Assembly (NCBI RefSeq): GCF_010730195.1
Contig: NZ_AP022613.1
Span: 2,626,097 to 2,658,096, forward strand
DNA: 32,000 bases
Direction of reading: 5' to 3'
From: Mycobacterium conspicuum
Lineage (GTDB): Bacteria; Actinomycetota; Actinomycetes; Mycobacteriales; Mycobacteriaceae
Shown: positions 1 through 8,840 of the stretch, piece by piece
Layout: each line of letters starts with the position of its first letter
Numbering within the stretch: position 1 is the first letter of the stretch
Translations under genes and position numbers: made by a program
Notes under the pieces: generated by a model
Seen by the model: only the letters and a program-made list of their open reading frames with translations
Told to the model about the DNA's origin: nothing
Databases searched by the model: none

Positions 1-56
1 GCGTCGTCTACGTGGTCCAACTCGGCTGCCCGGCCGTAGAGATTCAGCCGAGCCAT
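1..56 (-). CDS. Possible 5' end of a leftward CDS that leaves the window (MARLNLYGRAAELDHVDD...)
   Basis: ATG at 56..54 on the minus strand, open to the window edge. The L-x-G-R-x-x-E-L start resembles N-termini of large ATP-binding LuxR/AAA-type regulators. Only 18 codons are visible, so no assignment is possible. Confidence 0.25.
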   Translation of the reverse strand, partial: MARLNLYGRAAELDHVDD

Positions 57-324
57 GCTTCTGACTCTGCTTTCGGTGGCTCGGTGAATACCCGCTCGTG
101 ACGCTTCATGCCAACGCCGGTCTGCATCCAGACGCTATTCCAGATCGGTGTCGATCGTACTCGGTTGACGGCAAGGCTCGGCACGACGCCGTGACCTTGT
201 GGTCGAAGCGAAGTCATCTAGGACAGACGAGCAAGGACCAGCGGTTGTTCGTCGGGTGACCACGTTCAGTCGATGCGTACCGAAAGGAGCATGCACGCAT
301 CAGAAACGCAACAGTATACGGAGT

Positions 325-876
325 TTAATTGCGGGCCAATGCCTTCCGTTCCAGGCTTTGCGCGTAAAGCGCCGTCTCGCGACGGTTGTGGTCATCGGTG
401 GCGGCTTGGCGGTCGGCCACGGCGTCTTCGAACGGGATCCCGATCCTCTCGAGCATTTCCAGGAATGCCGATGTCGGGTAACTGATTACCTGGTTGGTGT
501 ATCGGCAGCTGGCAGGGCCCACTGCGGTGACGCTGAGGTCCCAGATCACCTGGATCTTTGTCCAACCGCCCGGCACTTGCACGTCGCTGAGCGACACCAT
601 CCGGCAATGGTGGGGTTCGTGGACCTCGGCGACGTAGTGCTGCACCATGAGCGTGCCGCCGATCTGCTCCACGTTGATCGACATCGGCCGGCCGTCGTCG
701 GTCGTCGTTGTTCCGGCGGCGATGTGATCCGGTGGCGCGCAACGCTGGTACTCGGCGTCGGGCAGGTGCAGTAGCCAGTCGGCGATGTCGACGCGGTCTA
801 TCCCGGCGTGGATGGTGGCGGTCTTTTTGGATTCGACCAACACTGTGTCGGTCAGGATGTTTGTGGACGTGGTCAT
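325..876 (-). CDS. Hypothetical protein (183 aa); possible SRPBCC/START-like fold, product not assignable
   Basis: Complete ORF with ATG at 876 and TAA at 325..327. Its amino-acid composition is balanced, whereas the overlapping ORFs on both strands (e.g. 199..774 +, 392..883 -) translate to Arg/Pro-rich junk. I recognise no diagnostic motif. Confidence 0.6.
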   Translation of the reverse strand: MTTSTNILTDTVLVESKKTATIHAGIDRVDIADWLLHLPDAEYQRCAPPDHIAAGTTTTDDGRPMSINVEQIGGTLMVQHYVAEVHEPHHCRMVSLSDVQVPGGWTKIQVIWDLSVTAVGPASCRYTNQVISYPTSAFLEMLERIGIPFEDAVADRQAATDDHNRRETALYAQSLERKALARN

Positions 877-907
877 GTTTCACGCGCTCGTTTTCTCGTT
901 GGTAGGT

Positions 908-1744
908 CTAGCTTTTCGGCGCGGTGTCGGCTCGGTCCCACCAGCCGGTGAGCAACGCGGCGTATTCGGTCGGTTTTTCCTCCCAGCAGAAGTGACCCGC
1001 GCCGGCAATGAGATCGACTTGGGAGTTGGGCAGTCGCTCATGCAGGAACTCGGCATTGGTCGTGGGCACCACGTCGTCGTCGGCGCCGGCGACGATGCGG
1101 ACCGGCGTCGGGATACCGGGCAACAACTCGGCAAGTTGCGGGAGGTATTCGCGGTAGCTCTGGGCGTAGGGGATGGTGTCGGCGAAGCGTTCGCCCTCAT
1201 AGCAAGACATGTAGTCTTCGCGGATCTCGTCCGGAGGGGCGTAGCCCGCGATCGTGCCGAGAGCGATCTCGACGATCTTGCGCCCGCCGATCTCGCGGTA
1301 GGGCTGTAGGTCGGACGCTTCGACCCAGTCCTTGAGAACACCGCTCACATCCAGCGGCACCGCCGCCCCGCCGCTGCCGACCACGACGCTGCGGAATCGG
1401 CCCGGTTCGGTGGCGGCGGCAAACAGCACCGAGGAGGTCCCGATGTCCGGGCCGACGATGTGCGGGTTGTCCAGCCCCAAAGCGTCGGCGATGCGAAGGA
1501 TGAACTGTCCCATTGCCTTCGGGTTCATCAGCTCCGGGCGGTAGTCCGATCCGCCGAAGCCCGGGGGATCGATGGCGATCAGGTGCGCGGCGGACGCCAG
1601 CTGCAGCCAGGCCGGCTCGAAGGCGTACACGCTTTCCGGCCAGGGGCTCATCAGGACCGCGTCGGGACCGTCTTGGCCGCCCTCGGCGTAGCGAACCGAC
1701 ACTCCGTCGACCGTGGTTTTCTTCGGGTGAATCAGGGCGCTCAT
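908..1744 (-). CDS. Alpha/beta hydrolase with Asp nucleophile (haloalkane dehalogenase / epoxide hydrolase-like class)
   Basis: The ORF spans 908..1780. The internal ATG at 1744 (MSALIHPKK...) gives a typical hydrolase N-terminus. Nucleophile elbow is IVGPDIGTS (Asp in the nucleophile position) and the C-terminal His motif is GAGHFCWEE. Confidence 0.85.
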   Translation of the reverse strand: MSALIHPKKTTVDGVSVRYAEGGQDGPDAVLMSPWPESVYAFEPAWLQLASAAHLIAIDPPGFGGSDYRPELMNPKAMGQFILRIADALGLDNPHIVGPDIGTSSVLFAAATEPGRFRSVVVGSGGAAVPLDVSGVLKDWVEASDLQPYREIGGRKIVEIALGTIAGYAPPDEIREDYMSCYEGERFADTIPYAQSYREYLPQLAELLPGIPTPVRIVAGADDDVVPTTNAEFLHERLPNSQVDLIAGAGHFCWEEKPTEYAALLTGWWDRADTAPKS

Positions 1745-1964
1745 GGATTTAAGTCTTGCGCGTGTCGCGTGGGATGGCATCGCACGATCGGGTGAGAGCT
1801 AAGGCCCCGTCGTCGCGCGAAGATCACAGCCGCGACATCGGTCATTCGGGCGATGTGACCGGCTTGTCGCGCACCTAGCGTCAGAACGGTGCCCACGGGT
1901 CTTGCCGGCTGGCCCTCGTGGGGCACGGCACCGAGTTCCGGCGATCAAGTTTTGGCAGGTGACG

Positions 1965-3620
1965 ATGACAGCTTCCGAGCACGACAACAGCTCGGCCGAT
2001 TTCGCCGCGTTGGCCCGCGCTAACCAGGAGCGCTTGGCGGCGGAATGGAATACGCGGGACTACGACTTCATCGTGTGCGGCGCCGGCACGTCGGGCTCGG
2101 TGCTGGCGCGCCGGCTGGCCGAGAACCCATCGGTCAGGGTGCTGCTGCTGGAGGCCGGGGGACCCGATGACGACCCCGCCATCCGGATTCCCGACCTGTG
2201 GCCGACCAACTTGGGCAGCGAACGGGACTGGGCCTTTCAGAGCGAGCCCAACCCGTGCGTCAACGGCCGCGCGTTGACGTTTTCGATGGGCAAGGCTCTG
2301 GGCGGCGGGTCGGCCATCAACGTCATGTTGTGGGCACGCGGCCACAAAGCCGACTGGGACTTCGTCGCGTCGGAAGCCGGCGATCCGGCCTGGGGCTACG
2401 AGTCGGTGCTCGACATCTACCGGGCGGTCGAAAATTGGCACGGCAAACCCGATCCGCGTTACCGCGGAACGGCGGGTCCCGTGTTCGTTGCGCCGGCACC
2501 CGACCCGCACCCGCTGGCGCACGCGGTCGTGGAGGCGGCAGGTTCGCTGGCCGTGCCGACGTTCGAGAACGCCAATGGTCGGCTGATGGAAGCCACTGCG
2601 GGGGCATCGATCTCGGACTTGAGGGTCCGCGACGGCACCCGCGAATCGGTGTTCCGGTCGTACGTCTACCCGTACCTGGACCGCCCGAACCTGACGGTGC
2701 TGACCGGCGCCGTGGTTCGGCGCGTCGTCTTCGACGGCCCGGTCGCCACCGGCGTCGAGGTCGCTTACGGCGCGGCGGTCCATCGGGTCGCGGCTCAGGC
2801 CGAGGTGATCCTGTCCATGGGTGCCGTCAACACGCCGAGGGTGCTGATGGTCTCCGGTGTGGGCAACGAACCTGACCTGGTTCGGGTCGGGATTCCTGTC
2901 GTCGCGCATCTGCCCGGTGTCGGCGCCAACTTTCAGGACCATGTCGGAGTGGACTGCGTCTGGCGGTTTCGCGACGTCCCGCCGCCCAACGCCAGATCCG
3001 AAGCCGTCGTGTACTGGCAACACGAAACCGGCGCCTGCTCACCGGAGCTGTTTGCGTACCTGGGCACCTTTCCGCACGCCAGCTCGGAGAACGCTGCGCG
3101 ATTCGGATTGCCCGACGACAGTTGGGTTCTGTTCGGCGGCGTCTCGCATCCACAAAGCCGCGGTCGTGTCCGGCTGACAGGAGCGGATCCAACCGACCCC
3201 GTGCGAATCGAAGCGAACACGCTGTGCGAGAACGCAGACGTGCAAGGGGCCGTGGCATGTGTCGAATTCCTGCGGGAAGTCGGCAATTCCGCGTCGGTAC
3301 GGCCTTTCGTAAAGGTCGAGGTGATGCCCGGAGCACTCGCGGGGGCGGAGCTGCAGCACTATGTTCGCGATGCCGCCCTGTCGTATTGGCACGGAGTGGG
3401 TACCGCCAGGATCGGCCGCGATTCAATGGCCGTCGTCGATAGCGGCCTCAAGGTGTACGGGATCGATCATCTGCGGATCGCGGACGCTTCGGTGCTGCCG
3501 CGGCTGCCCACCTCGAACACCATGGCCTCGTGCGTGGCCATCGGCGAGCGAGCCGCGGCGCTGATCGCGGCCGAACAGGGTTTGTCAGCCTCACTCACCT
3601 CAGCCGAGAACGAAAACTAA
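1965..3620 (+). CDS. GMC family FAD-dependent oxidoreductase (choline dehydrogenase-like)
   Basis: N-terminal Rossmann motif DYDFIVCGAGTSGSVLARRLAE. Also GGGSAINVMLW, and C-terminal HGVGTARIG and LRIADASVLP, all typical of GMC enzymes. Start chosen at ATG 1965 (MTASEHD...); the ORF opens at 1902. Confidence 0.9.
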   Translation: MTASEHDNSSADFAALARANQERLAAEWNTRDYDFIVCGAGTSGSVLARRLAENPSVRVLLLEAGGPDDDPAIRIPDLWPTNLGSERDWAFQSEPNPCVNGRALTFSMGKALGGGSAINVMLWARGHKADWDFVASEAGDPAWGYESVLDIYRAVENWHGKPDPRYRGTAGPVFVAPAPDPHPLAHAVVEAAGSLAVPTFENANGRLMEATAGASISDLRVRDGTRESVFRSYVYPYLDRPNLTVLTGAVVRRVVFDGPVATGVEVAYGAAVHRVAAQAEVILSMGAVNTPRVLMVSGVGNEPDLVRVGIPVVAHLPGVGANFQDHVGVDCVWRFRDVPPPNARSEAVVYWQHETGACSPELFAYLGTFPHASSENAARFGLPDDSWVLFGGVSHPQSRGRVRLTGADPTDPVRIEANTLCENADVQGAVACVEFLREVGNSASVRPFVKVEVMPGALAGAELQHYVRDAALSYWHGVGTARIGRDSMAVVDSGLKVYGIDHLRIADASVLPRLPTSNTMASCVAIGERAAALIAAEQGLSASLTSAENEN

Positions 3621-4462
3621 TGACCAGCTACGAGAGTGTGCGCTCCTCAACGGCCTTGGGCGCCAATGGAATCAGCTACCGTTATCGCCGCGTCGGCAAC
3701 CCGGCCGCACGGCCACTGGTGTTGCTGCAGCACTTTCGCGGCAACCTGGACAACTGGGATCCGGCGCTGCTGGACGCGCTGGCCGGCAGCCGCGAAGTCG
3801 TGGCGTTCGACAACGTCGGCGTGGGCGGCAGCACCGGGAGGGTACCGCCCTCGGTCACCCAGATGGCCCACGACGCGATCAGTTTCATCACCGCGGTGGG
3901 GCTGGACCGTGTCGACATCCTCGGCTACTCCCTGGGCGGTTTCGTCGCCCAGGAGATCACGCTGATTCGGCCCGACCTGGTCGAACGAATGGTGTTGGCG
4001 GCCACCGCACCACAGGGCGCGCCGGGCATGCACGGCTGGGTCGGGGACATCATCGATGCGGTGGGCTCAGAGCACACCACCGGCGACCAACTGCTGCACG
4101 CCTTCTTCACCGACAGCGCGGCCAGCCGCGCGGCAGGCGGGGAATTCCTGGGCCGGATATTCGCCCGCGCCGAGGGCCGCGACGAGGCCACCGACTGGGC
4201 GACTCGGCAGGCTCACTACGACGCAGTCGTGCAGTGGGGCGTCCCCAACCACAGCATGCTCGAACGGCTGGCCGCGATCAGCCAACCCGTGCTGGTCGCC
4301 AACGGCGACAGCGACCGGATGATCCTGCCCCGCTACAGCCACCTGTCGGTGAGCCTGCTGCCCAACGCCACCATCAAGATTTATCCCGATGCCGCCCACG
4401 GGTTCCTTTTCCAGCACCACAGCGCGTTCGCCGACGACGTCTGCGGGTTCCTCGACACGTAG
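3620..4462 (+). CDS. Alpha/beta hydrolase (Ser nucleophile)
   Basis: Its ATG overlaps the GMC stop (TAATG, 3618-3622). Nucleophile elbow is GYSLGG and the C-terminal His region is PDAAHGFLFQH. The ORF-track start at 3530 is an upstream extension lying inside the GMC gene. Confidence 0.9.
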   Translation: MTSYESVRSSTALGANGISYRYRRVGNPAARPLVLLQHFRGNLDNWDPALLDALAGSREVVAFDNVGVGGSTGRVPPSVTQMAHDAISFITAVGLDRVDILGYSLGGFVAQEITLIRPDLVERMVLAATAPQGAPGMHGWVGDIIDAVGSEHTTGDQLLHAFFTDSAASRAAGGEFLGRIFARAEGRDEATDWATRQAHYDAVVQWGVPNHSMLERLAAISQPVLVANGDSDRMILPRYSHLSVSLLPNATIKIYPDAAHGFLFQHHSAFADDVCGFLDT

Positions 4463-4470
4463 GCCCGATC

Positions 4471-5376
4471 ATGGTGGCGCGAAACGACATCGAATTCACT
4501 GGCGAAGGCGGTGTCACCTTGCGCGGCTGGCTGTTCGTTCCCGATTCCGCGCCACCGCATCCCGCGATCACGATGGCGCACGGTTTCGCCGGCGTCAAGG
4601 AACATGGGCTGGCGCGATTCGCGGAGTTTTTCGCCGGCGCCGGGTTCGTGGTGTTGGTGCACGACCATCGCGGATTCGGGTCCAGCGACGGTGAACCGCG
4701 CTACGACGTCGACCCATGGCAGCAGGTAGCCGACTGGCGGCGCGCCGTCTCCTATCTGGAGAGCAACCCGGATGTCGACCCGGACCGCGTTGGCCTGTGG
4801 GGTAGCAGCTACGCAGGTGGGCACGCAATTGTGTTGGGCGCCAGCGATCGTCGATTGCGCGCCGTGGTCGCGCAGGTTCCCACCGTCAGCGGCTACCAGC
4901 AGAGCCTGCGGCGGGTTCCACCCGATCAGGTGGCGTCCCTGGAAGCCAGTTTTATCGCCGACGAACGCGGCCAGTTCCACGGCGCGGCGCCGGCCACCCA
5001 GGCGGTCGCCGGTGCCGACCCCGATGTGCCCGCCGCCTACCGATCCGCCGAAGCAATCGCGTTCTACAACCAGGCCGTGCCCGAAGGCGTCTGGGACAAC
5101 ATCGTCACGGTGCGGTCCACCCGCGCTGCACGCATGTATGAGCCGGGCACGTTCATCGAAAGGGTCTCACCTACACCCTTGCTGATGATCGTGGGCTTGT
5201 ACGACACGGTGACGATTGCCGACCTGGCTCTGGCCGGCTACGAACGCGCACTGCAGCCCAAGCGACTGGTCACCATCGCCGGAGGGCATTTCGATCCCTA
5301 CCTGGGCCGGTTCGGTGAGGCCAGCAGCGCCGCGTGCTCCTGGTTCACCGAGCACCTCGGAAGCAGGCGTAGATAA
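4471..5376 (+). CDS. Alpha/beta hydrolase (dienelactone hydrolase/COG1073-like)
   Basis: ATG at 4471 lies 8 nt after the previous stop (MVARNDIEFTGEGGVTLRGWLF...). Motifs are AHGFAG, HDHRGFGSSDG, nucleophile elbow GSSYAGG and C-terminal GGHFDPY. Confidence 0.85.
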   Translation: MVARNDIEFTGEGGVTLRGWLFVPDSAPPHPAITMAHGFAGVKEHGLARFAEFFAGAGFVVLVHDHRGFGSSDGEPRYDVDPWQQVADWRRAVSYLESNPDVDPDRVGLWGSSYAGGHAIVLGASDRRLRAVVAQVPTVSGYQQSLRRVPPDQVASLEASFIADERGQFHGAAPATQAVAGADPDVPAAYRSAEAIAFYNQAVPEGVWDNIVTVRSTRAARMYEPGTFIERVSPTPLLMIVGLYDTVTIADLALAGYERALQPKRLVTIAGGHFDPYLGRFGEASSAACSWFTEHLGSRRR

Positions 5377-5413
5377 TGCCCCAGTCCTGTTGTCCACGAG
5401 ACGGATTCAGCTC

Positions 5414-6250
5414 ATGACCGAGCTCAATTACCAGGTCTTTGTCAACGACGGCGTCCCCCGTCAACGTCGCCAACGGTTGCCCGGCGGCAGTCAAATCGTA
5501 TCCTCGCCACTGGCGACCACGCTGATCTACGGCGAACGCGAAGCCACTCTCGTCGACCCCCCGTTCACCTCCGAGCAGGTGGCGCGGGTGGCTGACTGGG
5601 TTGAGGGTTTGGGAAGACGGGTGACGCGCATCTACGCCACTCACGGGCACGGCGATCACTGGTTCGGGACTGATCTGCTGATGCGCCGGCTCGGCCACGC
5701 GGACGCCTATGCCACGGAGGGCACCATCTCGATGATGTACGCCCAGGCGAGGGGGCGATCCGGCCACTGGGACGTCGACTTCCCCGGCGCCATCCCCGAC
5801 AGTCCCGTGGTGTACCAACCCATCTCACCCGATGGGTTCGAGCTGGAAGGCCATCAGCTCGTCGCGGTCGAGACCGGCCACACCGACACCGACGACACCA
5901 CCGTCCTGCATGTGCCCTGCATCGGGCTCATCGTCGCCGGGGACGTGGCATACAACGGCGTGCACCAGTATCTGCTCGAAAGCGCCGGCGCCGGAATTGA
6001 TTCGTGGCTGGCCGCCATCGACGAGGTCTCCGCGCTGGCCCCGCGGGCCGTGGTCGCCGGGCACAAGAACAGGGATCTGCCCGACGATCCGGCCATCCTC
6101 GGACAAACCCGCGACTACCTCCGCGACGCGCGGCGCCTGCTCGCGCGTTCGCGGAATCCGAGAGAGTTCTACGACGGGATGATCGAGCTCTACCCGGACC
6201 GGTTGAACGTCGGCCCGCTCTGGTATAGCGCGGTGGAGTTGCTGTCGTGA
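5414..6250 (+). CDS. MBL-fold metallo-hydrolase
   Basis: HxHxDH motif ATHGHGDHW, plus the later ligand-like motifs GHTDTDD, NGVHQY and AGHKN. ATG at 5414 lies 37 nt after the previous stop. Confidence 0.9.
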   Translation: MTELNYQVFVNDGVPRQRRQRLPGGSQIVSSPLATTLIYGEREATLVDPPFTSEQVARVADWVEGLGRRVTRIYATHGHGDHWFGTDLLMRRLGHADAYATEGTISMMYAQARGRSGHWDVDFPGAIPDSPVVYQPISPDGFELEGHQLVAVETGHTDTDDTTVLHVPCIGLIVAGDVAYNGVHQYLLESAGAGIDSWLAAIDEVSALAPRAVVAGHKNRDLPDDPAILGQTRDYLRDARRLLARSRNPREFYDGMIELYPDRLNVGPLWYSAVELLS

Positions 6251-6777
6251 CGTCAACGCAGAGGGGGCGCCCCGTGAGCGATTCGAACGTCGACGCAATC
6301 GCGGTCCGCGACGAGGTGTCCCAGTGGTTCTTCGACCGCTACCTGCCCGCCTGGGTGGGAGTGGGAAACGGAACCCGTGACCTGGACCCCGATTTCATCC
6401 TCGATTACTGGGGGGTGCCGCTGCACCACTGCATGCCCAACGCGAGTGTGTGGCTGCTCGACGCCGCCGCGGTCGTCGACTTTCTCAAACGGCGGCACCG
6501 TGAACTGCGGGCCAGGGGCTACGCCTACACCGCCGTGCCGGACCGCAGCATCGTCGTCTACCACTCACATGGGGCCGCCATCGAAGTGATCTGGTCCCGC
6601 TGCCGCAGCACTGGCAGCGAGATCGAGCGCCTGGCAGTGCATTTCGAGGCGGCGCGGGCGTCAGACGGCTGGCGGATCGTGGGTATTCAAGCCGCACCCA
6701 CCAGTGCCGACACCCTGCGAGCGGCATGGCCGAACGGCCAGAAAACACTGAACCGAGGATCGGGGGTCCAATCGTGA
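6247..6777 (+). CDS. Hypothetical protein, possibly NTF2/SnoaL-like fold
   Basis: GTG at 6247 overlaps the MBL stop (GTGA). The 176-aa ORF ends by overlapping the next gene's GTG start. Coding is supported by operon context and composition. The fold guess is weak. Confidence 0.6.
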   Translation: MTSTQRGRPVSDSNVDAIAVRDEVSQWFFDRYLPAWVGVGNGTRDLDPDFILDYWGVPLHHCMPNASVWLLDAAAVVDFLKRRHRELRARGYAYTAVPDRSIVVYHSHGAAIEVIWSRCRSTGSEIERLAVHFEAARASDGWRIVGIQAAPTSADTLRAAWPNGQKTLNRGSGVQS

Positions 6778-7799
6778 AAGGGATTCAGTTCAGCCACTAC
6801 GGTGAGCCCAAAGAAGTTCTGAAAGTCACGGACAGCCCGATACCCGAACCTGGCGAAGGCCAAGTCCGCGTTCGTGTCCTGCTCAGCCCGATAAACCCCT
6901 CGGACTTGTTGTATGTCCGGGGCCGCTACTCCGGGGTCACGCCGGTGTTTCCGGCACCGGCCGGGTTCGAAGGCGTGGGCATCGTGGACGCCCTGGGGCC
7001 AGGCGTGGACCATCCGGCCGTCGGTCAGCGCGTCATCTGCCGAAACTCGCAGGGCGGCAACTGGGCTGAGTACGCTGTCATCCAGGCCGCCAAGGTCTAC
7101 CCGGCACCCGACGGCATACCCGACGAGCAGGTGGCATCCTTCCTGATCAACCCCGCCTCGGCGATCCTCATGGTGCGCCACGTGCTGGCCGTGCCGCCCG
7201 GAGAGTGGCTGTTGCAGTCGGCCGCGGGCTCCGAGCTGGGCCGCATGATCATCAGGCTGGCCAAGCGAGACGGAATCAAGACGCTCAACATCGTGCGCCG
7301 CAGGGAGGCCGTGGCCGAGCTGCGGGCCCTCGGCGCCGACGCGGTGCTCGTGTCCACCGACGCGCCCATCGACGAGCAGGTCCGCAACATCGTCGGGCCT
7401 GACGGTGTCAATTACGCCGTCGACCCCGTGGCGGGGCAGACCGGAACCGAAATGTTCCGCTCGCTTAGCGTCGACGGCCGGATGCTGCTATACGGGTCAT
7501 TGACCGACGAGCCCGTCCGGGTCGGCGAGGACCCCCGCTTCACCCTGTCGGGACGCCGACGGCTCGAGGTCTACTGGCTGGGCTACTGGCTACCGCGTCT
7601 CGACGCGAGCGGCTTCTTCCCGACGGGACGCTCGGCCGTCGCCCAACTCATCGACGAGATCGGCGGTCTCGTGCGTGAAGGCGTCCTCACAACCACCCCG
7701 GGCTCAACGTACCCGCTCGACCTCATCCGCGATGCCGTGACCGAAGCCGAATGCCCCGGCCGCGACGGCAAGGTGGTCATCGCCCCTGGCCAAAGCTAA
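6774..7799 (+). CDS. Zinc-type/MDR-family NAD(P)H quinone oxidoreductase
   Basis: GTG at 6774 overlaps the previous stop (GTGA). Motifs are VKGIQFSHYGEPKEVLKV...GEGQVRVRVLLSPINPSD, GFEGVGIVDALG and the nucleotide-binding stretch QSAAGSELGRMIIRLAK. Confidence 0.9.
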   Translation: MKGIQFSHYGEPKEVLKVTDSPIPEPGEGQVRVRVLLSPINPSDLLYVRGRYSGVTPVFPAPAGFEGVGIVDALGPGVDHPAVGQRVICRNSQGGNWAEYAVIQAAKVYPAPDGIPDEQVASFLINPASAILMVRHVLAVPPGEWLLQSAAGSELGRMIIRLAKRDGIKTLNIVRRREAVAELRALGADAVLVSTDAPIDEQVRNIVGPDGVNYAVDPVAGQTGTEMFRSLSVDGRMLLYGSLTDEPVRVGEDPRFTLSGRRRLEVYWLGYWLPRLDASGFFPTGRSAVAQLIDEIGGLVREGVLTTTPGSTYPLDLIRDAVTEAECPGRDGKVVIAPGQS

Positions 7800-7818
7800 C
7801 GCGTGCCGCGAAAACCCG

Positions 7819-7835
7819 GCCGCTACTACGGCGGC
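7819..7835 (+). terminator. Candidate stem-loop downstream of the operon (GCCGC-TACTAC-GGCGGC)
   Basis: 5-6 bp G/C stem with a 5-nt loop, 20 nt after the 7799 stop. There is no U-tract, so this is only a weak candidate. Confidence 0.2.
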
Positions 7836-7989
7836 GAAGATGCCTGGTATTCGAGGCAACTTTGATACAGCTGATCGATGATCAGAAACCGCCAGCCCAA
7901 AAGGTTGGCACTCATACCACGCTAATTCGTTCCGGTCGTACGGCTGTGCGCGCCAGCGACCCGAACCAAGTTCGACGCGCGCCGCCGGC

Positions 7990-8268
7990 CCCTTTGTGCG
8001 AACGCAGGGCGGTTTGTGCATCCGCCACCGCCGTCGAAGCCCCGGGTGAAGTCCGATGGTGCGGACCCGTTCGGCTTGCCGTATTGGAAATTGCTCACGA
8101 TCTCCAGGCCGACAGTACGCAGCGCGTCGGCGTACTTTCGCGTTGCCGGTTTGGCGCCGAAGTTGTCCCCTGGGCGCGATTCCGAGACGTAGGTAATTAC
8201 ACCGCCGTACCCGGCAGCCTTGATTTGATCCGGTAGGATCTCCCGCGCAGAAAGTCGATAAGCCTCAT
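7990..8268 (-). pseudogene. Decayed remnant of a DUF1906 / Rv2525c-like glycoside-hydrolase-like gene
   Basis: The minus-strand translation ILPDQIKAAGYGGVITYVSESRPGDNFGAKPATRKYADALRTVGLEIVSNFQYGKPNGSAPSDFTRGFDGG matches my memory of the N-terminal half of Rv2525c-type proteins (...AIKAAGY.GAVRYVS..RPG...GKP......A..L...GL.IVS.YQYGK). A plausible start, ATG 8268 (MRLIDF), is in a different frame. After GFDGG the similarity continues only in another frame (AVADAQTALRSHKGAGGA) and then stops, so about two thirds of the gene is missing. Confidence 0.5.
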
Positions 8269-8840
8269 GGCTTCCTCTCTCAAGGGGAGCGTTCTGGGTC
8301 CGGTGACTCAACGCCGGATGCGGTTGCAATACACGAAGGCTGGATCCGCACCAAGCGTCCGGCGCGATTCTCCGATGCCGATCGCTCGCTTGGGATGCGT
8401 GGTTGACTACTCGATCCCGCGTAGCGACTACCGATTTCTCGCGTGCAGCGTTATGCACGAGTCTTCGAGACTTAGGGGGCAGCCACGCTGGCCGGCTATC
8501 CATAGCCCGGGCGCAAATGTTGCCGGCGGGGGAACCGTCATCGCCGTCCGGGTATAGAGCGTGGCCCCGGTTCGGTATCGCTAATGGCTCCGCGGGCAGC
8601 CGGACTGCGGCCCGGCGAGTTGATCCCCAAGTGACGGCCACGACCACCCCTATTTGGATTCACCGCCGAGCAGACGAATGCGAGTTATTGACGGCATCAC
8701 GGGCGCGGCGTCAGTCCCCAGAAGGCCGTGATCGGGTTGAGCGGTGTCCGCGGTGTGAACCGGGGCTGGGTCGATCAAGCCGTTGTCGCCGGGTCCCGGC
8801 ATCGGTGAACCACCCTCACGGCGTTGCGCTATGGCAGAGC

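Noticed and set aside
199-883. ORFs 199..774 (+), 273..485 (+) and 392..883 (-) overlapping the 325..876 gene.
   Set aside because: Their composition is Arg/Pro-rich and motif-less. The 325..876 minus frame has the more protein-like composition.
1881-3023. 380-aa minus-strand ORF and several other ORFs overlapping the GMC oxidoreductase gene.
   Set aside because: Arg/Pro/Gly-rich low-complexity translations lying opposite or out of frame to a gene with clear FAD-binding and GMC motifs.
8270-8480. Possible riboswitch or structured leader (for example the c-di-AMP/ydaO type found before cell-wall hydrolase genes) upstream of the DUF1906 remnant on the minus strand.
   Set aside because: I could not match the conserved ydaO core sequences by eye, and only short ambiguous stems are present. 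This would need cmsearch against Rfam.
8403-8840. N-terminal 146-aa extension of the MEST-like ORF. The same applies to the extensions at 3530-3619, 4234-4470, 5216-5413, 22168-22299, 17566-17709 and 10182-10325.
   Set aside because: These extensions are Arg/Ser/Pro-rich, overlap the upstream gene or pseudogene region, and have no homology-like pattern. Internal starts give canonical family N-termini and, in several cases, stop/start overlaps typical of coupling.
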